Source: Prochlorococcaceae cyanobacterium | GTDB taxonomy: Bacteria; Cyanobacteriota; Cyanobacteriia; PCC-6307; Cyanobiaceae | Assembly: GCA_044347105.1 (NCBI GenBank) | Contig: JBIIXY010000001.1 | Span: forward strand, 19,984-83,983 | Reading direction: 5' to 3' | DNA: 64,000 nucleotides | Part shown: piece after piece, positions 34,305 through 43,655 of the stretch | Layout of the letters: every line of letters begins with the position of its first letter | Position numbering within the stretch: position 1 is the first letter of the stretch | Position numbers and translations under genes: made by a program | The notes under the pieces: model-generated | Databases searched by the model: none | The model's input: the letters and a program-made list of their open reading frames with translations, nothing else | What the model was told of the DNA's origin: nothing

Positions 34305-35093
34305 ATGGGCCGCTATCTGCTCAGCCTGAGGCGCTTCTGGGGCACCTCCCTGGCCAGCCAGCTGGAGTACCAGCTCAACGCCCTGATCGAGCTGGTGGCG
34401 ATGGGGGCCAATCTTGGCGGCAGTTTGCTTGTGCTCTGGTTGTTCTACCGCCAGGGGGTGGCTCTGGGAGGCTGGAGCTGGAACGCCGCTCTTGTGGTGC
34501 TGGGGGCTTACACCTGCCTGAACGGCTTCACCAGCACCGTGTTGCAACCCAACCTCAGCCGCATCGTCACCCATGTGCAGGAGGGAACCCTCGACTTCGT
34601 GCTGCTCAAACCGATCGACAGCCAGTTCTGGCTTTCGCTGCGCAGCTTCAGTCCGGCCGGACTGCCGGAGGTGCTGCTGGGTCTCGGGCTGATGGGCTGG
34701 GCCGCCCGGGCCGACCAGGGTGGCCTCCAGCCCCAGCAGCTGCTGGCCACGGCGGTGGTGATGCTCGCCGCCGCCGCCACGCTCTATTCCCTCTGGTTCG
34801 TGATCGCCACCACCGCCATCTGGTTCGTGAAAACCTGGAACGCCACCGAGGTGCTGCGGGCCGCCCTCAGTGCCGGCCGTTATCCCGTGAGTGCCTTTCC
34901 AGCCACATTGCGCCTGCTGTTCACCCTGGCTCTCCCCGTTGCTTTTCTCACCACCGTGCCCGCCGAGACTCTCCTGGGCCGCGGTAGCGCAAGCTGGATT
35001 CTGGCCAGTCTGGCCGTGGCAAGCGCCGCACTGGTGATCAGCCGAGCCTTCTGGAGGCTCGCGCTGCGCTATTACACCTCAGCATCGAGCTGA
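34305..35093 (+). CDS. ABC-2 type transporter permease (second subunit)
   Basis: 262 aa, about 6 TM; starts 2 nt after the previous stop. Confidence 0.8.
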   Translation: MGRYLLSLRRFWGTSLASQLEYQLNALIELVAMGANLGGSLLVLWLFYRQGVALGGWSWNAALVVLGAYTCLNGFTSTVLQPNLSRIVTHVQEGTLDFVLLKPIDSQFWLSLRSFSPAGLPEVLLGLGLMGWAARADQGGLQPQQLLATAVVMLAAAATLYSLWFVIATTAIWFVKTWNATEVLRAALSAGRYPVSAFPATLRLLFTLALPVAFLTTVPAETLLGRGSASWILASLAVASAALVISRAFWRLALRYYTSASS

Positions 35094-35096
35094 ACG

Positions 35097-35393
35097 ATGG
35101 CCTGTCCCCACTGCGGCAGCTGGGCTGTGAAGGCCGACCGCTCCCTGGCTGGACGGATGGTGTGCGCCCGCTGTGGTCGTGCTCTGGGCCGGGGAGAGGA
35201 TGGGGGCCCCAAGCGGAGCAGCCCGCTGCGCCTGCGCTCCCTGCCCCTGGCTGGGCTCCAGTCCCACCCCTGGCTGGTGGTGCTGCTGACCTTGCTGGGG
35301 ATCTCGGCCGGCCTGGCGTGGTGGGCCGAGAGCCCGCAGCGGCCCCTGGCTCCTCCTGGCTGGGCGCCCGCTGTCCAGCAGGGCGGCGGCTGA
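35097..35393 (+). CDS. Zinc-ribbon membrane protein, unknown function
   Basis: 98 aa; CPHCGS...CARCG zinc ribbon then TM helix PWLVVLLTLLGISAGLAWW; starts 3 nt after the permease stop. Confidence 0.5.
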   Translation: MACPHCGSWAVKADRSLAGRMVCARCGRALGRGEDGGPKRSSPLRLRSLPLAGLQSHPWLVVLLTLLGISAGLAWWAESPQRPLAPPGWAPAVQQGGG

Positions 35394-35427
35394 TCGCGCT
35401 TGCTCTTGTTACCGCACACCCGTTCCC

Positions 35428-36528
35428 TTGCCCCCAACTCCAGCCGCTGCCCTCACCCGCCCCTGCCGGCCACTGCTGGTGGGGTACTACGGCGAACACA
35501 ACCTTGGCGACGATGCCCTGCTGGCGGTGCTCCTGCAGCAGCTGCCAGACCATGCCCAGCCCACCGCCACGGCCCGCGACCAGCAGCAGGTGGCCAGGAT
35601 CTTCGGGGTGGCCTGTGTGGATCGTGGCAGCCTGTCTGCGGTGATGACAGCCCTGCGCTCTGCCACGGCGCTGGTTCTTGGCGGCGGGAGCCTGCTCCAG
35701 GACAGCACCAGCTTCCGCAGCCTGCTCTATTACGCGGCTCTGATCCTGCAGGCACGGCTGCAGGGCAAGCCGGTGCTGCTCTGGGCCCAGGGACTGGGGC
35801 CACTGCGGCGGCGGCGCAGCCGCCAGTTGGTGAGGGCCCTGCTGGCCTGCTGCACCGCCTGCAGTTGGCGTGATCCCGCCTCGGCCGCGCTGGCTCGCGA
35901 TCTCGGCTGGCGGCCCCAGCCATGGCAGAGCGCTGTGGGCAGTGATCCTGTCTGGACCTTCCCCCCGCTGTCCTGGCGCGGGCAGGGTGGACCGCTGTTG
36001 CTCTGCTTCCGTCCCACGGCCCAGCTGCAGGGCCCCGCCTGGCGGCCCTGGCTGCAGGCCATCGATCGCCTGGCTCCAGAGCGGGAGGTGATCTGGGTTC
36101 CCTTTCATGCCGGCCAGGACAGGGGGCTGCTGGATCAGCTGCGCCAGCAGCTGCTGCTGCCGGAGGGGCTGAGCCGGCGCAGCAGGGAGTTGCACCCGCA
36201 GACGCCCCTCGAGGCCATGGAGCTGTTCGCCGGGGCTGGCCTGGTGCTGGCGATGCGACTGCACGGCCTGATTCTGGCGGCGGTGAGCGGCGCGCCTGTG
36301 GCGGCGCTCAGCTACGACCCGAAAGTGCAAGCCGCGGCTCGCGCCCTGGGCTGTCCTGTGCATGACCTGGCTGAAACCAGCACGGGCGATCGTCAAGGGC
36401 CGGATCACAGTGACGATCAACCGCTCACGGCCTGGCAGGCCTGTCTGGATCAACCCCCGTCAGCCGTCCGTCTGGAGGAGCTCCGGCAGGCTGCTGGCCT
36501 TCATGCGCAGCTGTTCACCAGGATCTGA
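35428..36528 (+). CDS. csaB: Polysaccharide pyruvyl transferase CsaB
   Basis: 366 aa ORF (TTG start, uncertain); LLVGYYGEHNLGDDALLAVLLQQLP and C-terminal LAMRLHGLILA motifs of the CsaB family. Confidence 0.75.
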   Translation: MPPTPAAALTRPCRPLLVGYYGEHNLGDDALLAVLLQQLPDHAQPTATARDQQQVARIFGVACVDRGSLSAVMTALRSATALVLGGGSLLQDSTSFRSLLYYAALILQARLQGKPVLLWAQGLGPLRRRRSRQLVRALLACCTACSWRDPASAALARDLGWRPQPWQSAVGSDPVWTFPPLSWRGQGGPLLLCFRPTAQLQGPAWRPWLQAIDRLAPEREVIWVPFHAGQDRGLLDQLRQQLLLPEGLSRRSRELHPQTPLEAMELFAGAGLVLAMRLHGLILAAVSGAPVAALSYDPKVQAAARALGCPVHDLAETSTGDRQGPDHSDDQPLTAWQACLDQPPSAVRLEELRQAAGLHAQLFTRI

Positions 36529-36544
36529 CCAACTCCCAACCCGA

Positions 36545-37129
36545 TCACGGGCTGGGGGCGATGCGTTGCAGGTCCTGAAGCCTGGCCAGAACCTCCTGGC
36601 TGTGACCGCTGGGTCGTACCGCCAACCAGCTGGCTCTGAGGATGCCGTCCGGGTCGATCAGGAAGGTGTGCCGCTGGGAAAATGGGGCGATCCAGGAGCC
36701 GTAGGCCCGGCTCACCGTTCCACCTGGGTCACTCAGCAAGGGGAAGGAGAGGCCTTCCTCCGAGCAGAAGGAGGCATGGGAATCGGGGTCATCGGCACTG
36801 ATGCCGACGACGGCGGCTCCTGCCTGCGCAAACCCGTTGAGGTCGCGCTGAAAGCCTCGGGCTTCCAGCGTGCACCCTCCGGTGAAGTCACGGGGATAAA
36901 AGTAGAGCACCAGCCACGATCCGCCCAGATCGCTCAGAGAGAGCCTGCCCTGCACGCCAGGGGGCAGTACGCCGTCCAGTTCGAACGGGGGTGCGGGGAG
37001 ATCGAGTGCGGGCAATGTGCCACCCAAGGCCGCAGCGGCACGTGGGCTAGCCAGCAACGGGGTGAGATAGGCCACGAGGGCCGAGCCTGCAGCGCTGAGC
37101 GCGTTCAGCAGAAAGTCACGACGATCCAT
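36545..37129 (-). CDS. Peroxiredoxin (PrxQ/BCP type) with Tat-like signal
   Basis: ATG 37129 in ORF 36545..37204 gives MDRRDFLLNALSAAGSALVAY; active site FYPRDFTGGCT. Confidence 0.85.
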   Translation of the reverse strand: MDRRDFLLNALSAAGSALVAYLTPLLASPRAAAALGGTLPALDLPAPPFELDGVLPPGVQGRLSLSDLGGSWLVLYFYPRDFTGGCTLEARGFQRDLNGFAQAGAAVVGISADDPDSHASFCSEEGLSFPLLSDPGGTVSRAYGSWIAPFSQRHTFLIDPDGILRASWLAVRPSGHSQEVLARLQDLQRIAPSP

Positions 37130-37166
37130 CTCCGGAGCATCCTCGGATTGGGATCCGCTCCGCCGT

Positions 37167-37403
37167 TCAGATTCGGGCGAGGTTGATGCCCAGTTCGCGG
37201 GCATAGGCGCCCAGACCCTTTTTCTGGATGGTCTTCAGCGCGCGGGTGGACACGCGCAGTTTCACGAAGCGGTTGCCCTCGGCCCACCACAGGCGGCGCT
37301 CCTGCAGGTTCACCTGCTGCAGTTTCTTGGTGCGCACGTGGGAGTGGGACACGGCCATGCCGTTGTTGGCGCGCTTGCCGGTGAGTTGGCAGACCCGGGA
37401 CAT
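37167..37403 (-). CDS. rpmB: 50S ribosomal protein L28
   Basis: ATG 37403; [34 protein letters not shown]... Confidence 0.95.
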   Translation of the reverse strand: MSRVCQLTGKRANNGMAVSHSHVRTKKLQQVNLQERRLWWAEGNRFVKLRVSTRALKTIQKKGLGAYARELGINLARI

Positions 37404-37489
37404 GACCTTCAACCTGTCAAACAACAACCGGGTGCCGAGAGCGCCACCCGCCGGAAGAGTGTATCAATCGGCCCACTCACACTCGCCGC

Positions 37490-38098
37490 TCACCCGCCTT
37501 GCCGCTGCTGCAACAGGGTGGCGATGCGGATCAGTCGAGCACCGCTGCAATCCAGCTTGATCGCAATGTTGCGCCGATGCGACTCCACCGTTCGCACGGA
37601 CAGATCCATAGCGAGCGCCATGTCCTTGTTGCTCTGGCCCCGGCCAAGCCTCTCCAGCACCTGGCGTTCCCGCTGGGTGAGTTGCTTGAGGGCATCCCGG
37701 GGGAGCCCATCGTCCGAGCGCTCCACCCCCTCACAGCCGGTGAGGGTTCCGATCTCTTTGAGCAGATCATCAAAGGCCCGCGCCTTGTCGATCACGGCGC
37801 AGATCACATCGCGCAGCTCCGGTGGCCGCAGGAAGGTGCTGGCATGGCTGGAGAGCACGATCACCTTGGCCGCCGGATTGAGCACCTGCAGCGCTTTGGC
37901 GACTGTGAGCCCCTCCGCGTCGGGCAGGGCAATGTCGAGGATCAGCAGGTCGGGGCGGAACCTCGAGCAGCAATCGATCCCTTCAGCCGCTGTGGCGGCC
38001 GAGGTGATTTCGGCCAGTCCGGGGTGCCCTTGCAACATGGCCACCAGCAGCTCCTGGAACATCAGCTGGTCTTCCACCACAAGGGTTTGAAGTCCCAT
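37490..38098 (-). CDS. Response regulator, NarL/LuxR family
   Basis: ATG 38098; receiver domain (LVVEDQ..., LLILDIALPD) plus LuxR HTH (LTQRERQVLERLGRGQSNKDMALAMDLSVRTVESHR). Confidence 0.85.
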   Translation of the reverse strand: MGLQTLVVEDQLMFQELLVAMLQGHPGLAEITSAATAAEGIDCCSRFRPDLLILDIALPDAEGLTVAKALQVLNPAAKVIVLSSHASTFLRPPELRDVICAVIDKARAFDDLLKEIGTLTGCEGVERSDDGLPRDALKQLTQRERQVLERLGRGQSNKDMALAMDLSVRTVESHRRNIAIKLDCSGARLIRIATLLQQRQGG

Positions 38099-38192
38099 GG
38101 CAGGGGCTGCACACAGCTCGGTCGATCGGGTCAAAGATTACGATTACGGTTGGTTTGCGAGCTGTTCGCGGGCTTCTGGAGCCGTGGGCAGC

Positions 38193-40154
38193 TCACAGCC
38201 CGCGCTCCATCAGCCTGCCCATCACGTCGGCGCTGCGCTGCTGGAAGCCCACCAGTTGATTGGGCTCCAGCCCACCCACGGCCAGGCGCGCCAGTTCATA
38301 GAGGTGACGGCTCAGGTCGTCGGCCAGCTGCTGGCTGGGGGAGCCGCCGCCGGCACCGGTGATCACCGAGCCGGCCGAGAGCTTGAGCAGCCCCTCCATG
38401 AGGCGGTGTTTGCGGTTCACCAGCAGCACGTGGTGATCAGGCAGGCTCGGCAAACGCTGCTCCATCAGGGCGCCCATGTCGTTGATCCGGCGCATCTGCT
38501 CGGGCAGCAGGATCAGGGCCGCCGGGGCGTCATCGCCCTTGAGCGCCTGCACCTGGATGGTCACCCTGTCGTTGTCGAGTGCCTTCTTGAACAGCTCGCG
38601 CACCTTCTCGCTGGCGTCCTTGCCATCGGCATCGGCCAGTTCGCTCTCCTTCTCCTGCAGCGACTCATCCAGTTCGCTGTCGACCCGCTGGAACTTCAGC
38701 TCCTCGTGGCGGTACTCCAGCCAGGGGATGAACTGGGTGTCGATGAAGGTGTCGGCCAGCAGCACCTCGGCCCCCTGGCTTTTCCAGAGCGCCAGAGCCC
38801 CGGCCTGGCCAGCCTCATCACTGCAGTACAGGATGCGCTTGGCGTTGTCGGCACCGAGCCGGGAGCGGTAGCCGGCGAGCGTGGTGAACGCCTTGCCGTT
38901 CTCGCCGGGAATCGGATCGAGGCTCTGGATATTGGCCGGTTGGTCGTCAGGGGCGGCAGGCTGTTCCTGCGCTGGCGCAGGCTGTTCCTGCGGTTGCGCA
39001 GTCGTCCCGAACAGCACCAGATCCGCCACCTGCTCGGCGAACTTGTCGTCCTCCATGGCGCCGATCTTGATGAACGGGGCCAGGGATTCCCAGATCTCGG
39101 CGTAGCGCTTCGGCTCGTCGCGGTGCAGCTGCTTGAGCCGATCCGCCACCTTCTTGGCCACGAAGCCGCCGATCGAGCGCACGCGGCGGTCGGTCTGCAG
39201 GGCCGAGCGGCTCACGTTGAGCGGGATGTCGGGGGAATCGATCACGCCGCGCAGGGGCAGCAGGTAGCGGGGCACCACCTCCTTGATCGAGTCGCTCACG
39301 AACACGTTGTTGCAGTAGAGCTTGATCTCGCCCTTCTCCCAGTCGGCCCGGCCTGAGGATTTGGGGAAGTAGAGGATGCCCTGCAGGTTGTAGGGGTAGT
39401 CGGTGTTGAGGTGCACCCACAGCAGCGGGTCGCCCTGGAAGGGATAGAGGTAGCGGTAGAGCTCGATGTAGTCGTTGTCGCTCAGATCCCGGGGGCTCTT
39501 GCGCCAGGCCGATTCCCGTTTGTTCACGGTTTCTCCCTCCAGCTGCACCGCTACCGGCAGGAAGTCGCAGTAGGTGGTGATCAGGGTGCGGATGCGGGCT
39601 GGCTCGATGTATTCGAGCTCCTCCTCCATCAGGTGCAGGATCACGTCGGTGCCGGCCTCGGCCCGCTCAGCCGCCTCCAGGGTGAAGTTGGGGGAGCCGT
39701 CGCAGCTCCAGCGCACGGCCTCACTGCCCTCCCGGGCCGAGCGGCTCACCAGCTCCACCTGCTTGGCCACCATGAAGCTGGAGTAGAAGCCCAGGCCGAA
39801 ATGGCCGATGATCGCGTCGCTCTCGCTCTTGTATTTCTCCAGGAAATCCTCGGCACTCGAAAACGCCACCTGGTTGATGTAGCGCTTCACCTCATCGGCG
39901 TCCATGCCGATCCCGTTGTCGGAGATGGTGAGGGTCTTGGCCTCCCGGTCGATGCGGATGCTGATCAGACCTTCGGGACCCTCCGTGCAATCGCCCGCCA
40001 TCGCTGCCATACGGCGCTTGCTGATGGCATCCACGCCATTGCTCACCAGTTCCCGCAGAAACACCTCGTGGCCGCTGTAGACGGCCTTCTTGATGATCGG
40101 GAAGATGTTCTCGGTGTGGATCTGGATCTGACCCTGTTCGGCCTGCAGCACCAC
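38193..40154 (-). CDS. htpG: Molecular chaperone HtpG (Hsp90)
   Basis: ORF 38193..40721, but homology begins at VVLQAEQGQIQIHTENIFPIIKKAVYSGHEVFLRELVSNGVDA; GTG 40154/40151 likely start (about 653 aa), ATG 40223 is an alternative. Confidence 0.95.
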   Translation of the reverse strand: MVLQAEQGQIQIHTENIFPIIKKAVYSGHEVFLRELVSNGVDAISKRRMAAMAGDCTEGPEGLISIRIDREAKTLTISDNGIGMDADEVKRYINQVAFSSAEDFLEKYKSESDAIIGHFGLGFYSSFMVAKQVELVSRSAREGSEAVRWSCDGSPNFTLEAAERAEAGTDVILHLMEEELEYIEPARIRTLITTYCDFLPVAVQLEGETVNKRESAWRKSPRDLSDNDYIELYRYLYPFQGDPLLWVHLNTDYPYNLQGILYFPKSSGRADWEKGEIKLYCNNVFVSDSIKEVVPRYLLPLRGVIDSPDIPLNVSRSALQTDRRVRSIGGFVAKKVADRLKQLHRDEPKRYAEIWESLAPFIKIGAMEDDKFAEQVADLVLFGTTAQPQEQPAPAQEQPAAPDDQPANIQSLDPIPGENGKAFTTLAGYRSRLGADNAKRILYCSDEAGQAGALALWKSQGAEVLLADTFIDTQFIPWLEYRHEELKFQRVDSELDESLQEKESELADADGKDASEKVRELFKKALDNDRVTIQVQALKGDDAPAALILLPEQMRRINDMGALMEQRLPSLPDHHVLLVNRKHRLMEGLLKLSAGSVITGAGGGSPSQQLADDLSRHLYELARLAVGGLEPNQLVGFQQRSADVMGRLMERGL

Positions 40155-40295
40155 CGGATTGCTCGCGAAGGAAGTTTGAGCCAGGCTCCCTCGGCTGGCC
40201 CCCTGCCGCCAAGGGGGAGCCATGGGCAGGAAACCGACCCCAGACCAATCCAACAGCATTTGCCTACGATCCCGGCCATCCGTTGCGCCCTCCTG

Positions 40296-41027
40296 ATGGC
40301 CAGCCAGTGGCAGAACTTCCTGCGCAACCAGGGTGAGTGGCAGGGATCGTTCGCCAGCCTCAGCCCGGCCGGTGAACTGCTCAGCGAAACCTCCTCCCTG
40401 CTCAGCCTGCAGAGCGAGGAGGAAGGCCGCCTGGTGCGCTTCCGCCTGCGCCGCTATGGCCAGGAAGGGCGGAATGGACCACCCAGCAGTGATCACCAGC
40501 AGGACTACCGCAGCCTGGGCCGCCAGGTGGTGTTCTTTGACACCGGAGCCTTCAGCAAAGGTTCCATGCAGGTGGCCCCCGGCATTGCCTTCGGTGTGGA
40601 GACCGGCTTTGTGTGCGGGGATCGCCGTCATCGCCTGGTGCAGCTGTATGACGCAGCCGGCCAGGCCGAGCAGCTGGTGCTGATCCGCGAATTCCGCCTC
40701 GGCTGTGATGCCCAGGAACAACCGCCTCTAGGCGCCGATCCGTTGTTGGGCAGCTGGCAGGGCGAGGCCGCCACGGTGACGGCCGACTGGCCGGAAGCCA
40801 AGCAGGAGCGCTGCACCAGCACCTTCACTGCTTCAGATCTGGATGGCTGCGTGTTTCTGGCTGATGGCGGCTACAGCCGGCGGCCGGCCCAGGTGAGCCA
40901 CCGCCAGGCGTTCACGGTGGAGGCCGGTTGGCTGCTGGCACCCGACCGGCTGGAGCGGCTGATCCGCAGCTACGACGGCAGCGGCGCCTGGCTGTGGTCG
41001 CGCCACGAGTGCCTGCGGCGGTGTTGA
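40296..41027 (+). CDS. DUF3598 family protein
   Basis: ATG 40296 in frame in ORF 39411..41027 (the upstream part is antisense to htpG); MASQWQNFLRNQGEWQGSF start typical of DUF3598. Confidence 0.7.
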   Translation: MASQWQNFLRNQGEWQGSFASLSPAGELLSETSSLLSLQSEEEGRLVRFRLRRYGQEGRNGPPSSDHQQDYRSLGRQVVFFDTGAFSKGSMQVAPGIAFGVETGFVCGDRRHRLVQLYDAAGQAEQLVLIREFRLGCDAQEQPPLGADPLLGSWQGEAATVTADWPEAKQERCTSTFTASDLDGCVFLADGGYSRRPAQVSHRQAFTVEAGWLLAPDRLERLIRSYDGSGAWLWSRHECLRRC

Positions 41028-42040
41028 GAACACTGCGAAGCGCGCTGGGCAGCCTGGTGCTGACGCTCGGGCTGGCTGCCGGTGCGTCCCGCGCCCTGGA
41101 ACTCTCCTGCACCCTCCCCTCCGGCTGGGACCTGGTGCACCAGCTGGAGTTGCCGCGCCGCAGCGCCACCGGCCAGCGGCTCGGCGGCTTTTCCGCCGTC
41201 AGTTTCGATCCCACCAGCGATGGGCTGTGGCTGCTCAGCGATCTCCCTCAGGGCTCGATCAGCCTCTGGACGGGACTCACAGCCACCGCTGGCGGCGGGA
41301 ACGCTCCGCAGCTGCTCCGCAACCTGCCCCTGCAGCGGCTGCCGCTGGATGGCGAGGGGCTCGTCCGGCTCGATGACCAGTTCTGGGTGGCGAGCGAGGG
41401 CCGCCGCAGTGCCACCAGGCCCGCGGAGTTGCTGCGATTCCACGCCCCATCGGGGCGCCTGCTGCAGAGTGTGGCCCTGCCTGCCGACTGGCAAACGGCA
41501 CCCGCTCGCGGGTTGGCCAGCAATGCCGGGCCTGAATCGCTGGCCCTCTGGCAGCAGGCCGACGGCCGTGCCGCCTTGCTGATGGCCGCCGAGCGGCCCC
41601 TGCTCCAGGATCCCCCTCGCCATCTGCGGGTGCTGCGCTGGCAGTGGCAGCCAAACCAGAATCCCCAGAGCGAGGCCCCCTCGCCCCAGCCCCAGGGGGC
41701 CCTGCTCCTCCCCTTTGGCGACGACTGGGGCCTCACCGATCTGCTGGTGATGCAGCCGGGGGAGCGGCTCCTGGCGCTGCTGCGGCGCTTCCAGGCCCCC
41801 GACCACTGGCAGATCCGTCTGGCTCTCTATCCAATGCCCAACCCCGCCCAGGCTCGCCCTGCAGCTCCCATAGCCGTTTGGGATCTGCTGGCAGTGGGCC
41901 TGGAGCCCGACAACTGGGAAGGGCTGACGGCAGGCCCCGCCCTCTCGGATGGTCGGGCCTCGCTGGTGCTGGTGAGCGACGACAATCTCAATCCTTTGCA
42001 GGCCAGCCGGCTGGCAATGATCACGCCCCGTTGTTTCTGA
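41021..42040 (+). CDS. Secreted esterase-like-activity-of-phytase family protein
   Basis: ORF 40928..42040; GTG 41021 gives the signal peptide VLRTLRSALGSLVLTLGLAAGASRA; LGGFSAVSFDPTSDGLWLLSD, DGEGL, DNWEGL ... LVLVSDDN motifs. Confidence 0.7.
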   Translation: MLRTLRSALGSLVLTLGLAAGASRALELSCTLPSGWDLVHQLELPRRSATGQRLGGFSAVSFDPTSDGLWLLSDLPQGSISLWTGLTATAGGGNAPQLLRNLPLQRLPLDGEGLVRLDDQFWVASEGRRSATRPAELLRFHAPSGRLLQSVALPADWQTAPARGLASNAGPESLALWQQADGRAALLMAAERPLLQDPPRHLRVLRWQWQPNQNPQSEAPSPQPQGALLLPFGDDWGLTDLLVMQPGERLLALLRRFQAPDHWQIRLALYPMPNPAQARPAAPIAVWDLLAVGLEPDNWEGLTAGPALSDGRASLVLVSDDNLNPLQASRLAMITPRCF

Positions 42041-42197
42041 TCGCGTTTTCCACAGGTTTCCCACATCGCTGCACGCCGCAGCAAGCGCATTCGGCAGTCC
42101 GTGTTCGCTATGGACGCAATTCGCTTTTTCGGTGCCTTTTGCGTGATTGGTTGCGCCGTGCTGCGGTCGGCTTGTGGAAAAAGGTTGACCGCGTGCC

Positions 42198-42434
42198 TCA
42201 CCGGGCCTTCTGCAGGTCGGGGCGCTCCTCGGGCAGGATCGCGCCTTCCACAGGACAAACCTGCAGGCAGATCCCGCAATCGATGCAGGTGTCGAAGTCG
42301 ATCCAGTAGTAGCCCGTTCCCTTGCTGTTGGCCCCCTGTCCGGGGTGGATGCAGGCCACTGGGCAGGCATCAACGCAATCAGCGACGCCTTCACAGACGT
42401 TGGTGACGATCGTGTGGGCCACGGAGCGTTGCAA
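42198..42434 (-). CDS. 4Fe-4S dicluster-type ferredoxin
   Basis: 78 aa; CEGVADCVDACPVAC and canonical CIDCGICLQVCP. Confidence 0.8.
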   Translation of the reverse strand: MQRSVAHTIVTNVCEGVADCVDACPVACIHPGQGANSKGTGYYWIDFDTCIDCGICLQVCPVEGAILPEERPDLQKAR

Positions 42435-42446
42435 GCAGCCTGAACT

Positions 42447-43622
42447 TTAGGGACCAAGCCACACAGCGCGGGCGCAGCCCCGGTCGCTGGCGATGGCGTC
42501 CGCCTGCTCCTGACTGGCCAGGGGATCGGGATGGAGTTCGGCGACCACTCCCTGGCGATGCAGCTGTTGCTGGGTTTCCAGGGCTGCAACCACCGCGCTG
42601 GCCGAGGCATAGCTCACCAGCACGGGTAACGCCGCGTTGCCCAGTCCCCACCCATGGCCGAGCAATTCCCGCAGGGCCTCCACGTCGAAGCCGAAGCCCA
42701 CACCTGCTGCGGAGCCCGCCTCCACACTGAACCGCCCCACCAGGGCGTCGTAGCGGCCACCGCTGGCGATTTCCAGCGGCGCCTGGCCTCCCTGGCACAC
42801 CAGCTTCAGCACCAGGCCGTCGTAAAGGGCGAAGTGGGGCTGGAAGGTGGGGTCGAGCCGCACACACACCCCACCGCGTTCAGCAGCCGGGGCCACGGCA
42901 GAGAGGACCTGCTGCAGGTCCCCAAGCAGGGGAACCGGCCCGAGCCACTGCTCCAGGGCGTAGAGCACTTCGCTGGCTCCACCCCGCAGGCGCATCACGG
43001 CCCGCAGGCGTTGTTGCTGCGATTCAGCCAGCGGGATTGCCTCCAGGGCAAGGGGGTCAAAGCCTGTGAGTGCCCTGCGGGTTCTGGCCTTGTGGGCCTC
43101 CGGCACATCAGCCAGCAGGGCCGTGAGCAGGCCGTGGTGGCCCACCAGCAACTGGGGGCTGTGTGCCGCCAGCTCCAGCTGAGCAGAGGCGGCAAGCAAC
43201 ACACTGATCAGTTCCACATCCGCGGCAGCGGAGCGTTCACCCAGGAGCTCCACGCCGCTCTGCAGCTGCTCGTGAATCCGTTGCTGACCGCTGTCGGCGG
43301 TGCTGCTGCGAAAGATCGTCCCGTTGGTCCACAGCCGCAGGGGCCTGGGACGCTGGGCCATGCGGGTGCTGGCGGCCCTGGCGATCGAGGCGGTGAGTTC
43401 CGGCCGCAGGCCGAGCCGCTCCTCGCTGGCCAGCAGCACCAGCTCCCGCCCATCGATGCCACCGCCCGCCTCCAGCGTGTCCACCCGCTCCACGCTGGGA
43501 GGATCAACCTGCTGGTAGCCCCAGAGGCGATACACCTCAGCCAGGGCCGCGCAGATCGCGCGGTTCTGTTCCACCTCGCGGGGATTGAGATCCCTGGCGC
43601 CGGCGGCGGGTTGCAGAGCCAT
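42447..43622 (-). CDS. hisZ: ATP phosphoribosyltransferase regulatory subunit HisZ
   Basis: 391 aa; HisRS-like paralog: GARDLNPREV ... LWGYQQVDPPSVE, lacking an anticodon-binding domain. Confidence 0.85.
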   Translation of the reverse strand: MALQPAAGARDLNPREVEQNRAICAALAEVYRLWGYQQVDPPSVERVDTLEAGGGIDGRELVLLASEERLGLRPELTASIARAASTRMAQRPRPLRLWTNGTIFRSSTADSGQQRIHEQLQSGVELLGERSAAADVELISVLLAASAQLELAAHSPQLLVGHHGLLTALLADVPEAHKARTRRALTGFDPLALEAIPLAESQQQRLRAVMRLRGGASEVLYALEQWLGPVPLLGDLQQVLSAVAPAAERGGVCVRLDPTFQPHFALYDGLVLKLVCQGGQAPLEIASGGRYDALVGRFSVEAGSAAGVGFGFDVEALRELLGHGWGLGNAALPVLVSYASASAVVAALETQQQLHRQGVVAELHPDPLASQEQADAIASDRGCARAVWLGP

Positions 43623-43655
43623 GAAGGCGCGGGATGGGGTCCGGGGCCTCCGATC

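Noticed and set aside
42041-42197. 157 nt convergent spacer with distant 7 nt inverted repeat (TTCCACA ... TGTGGAA) as an ncRNA.
   Set aside because: Only one short long-range pairing, no terminator and no internal structure that I could support.
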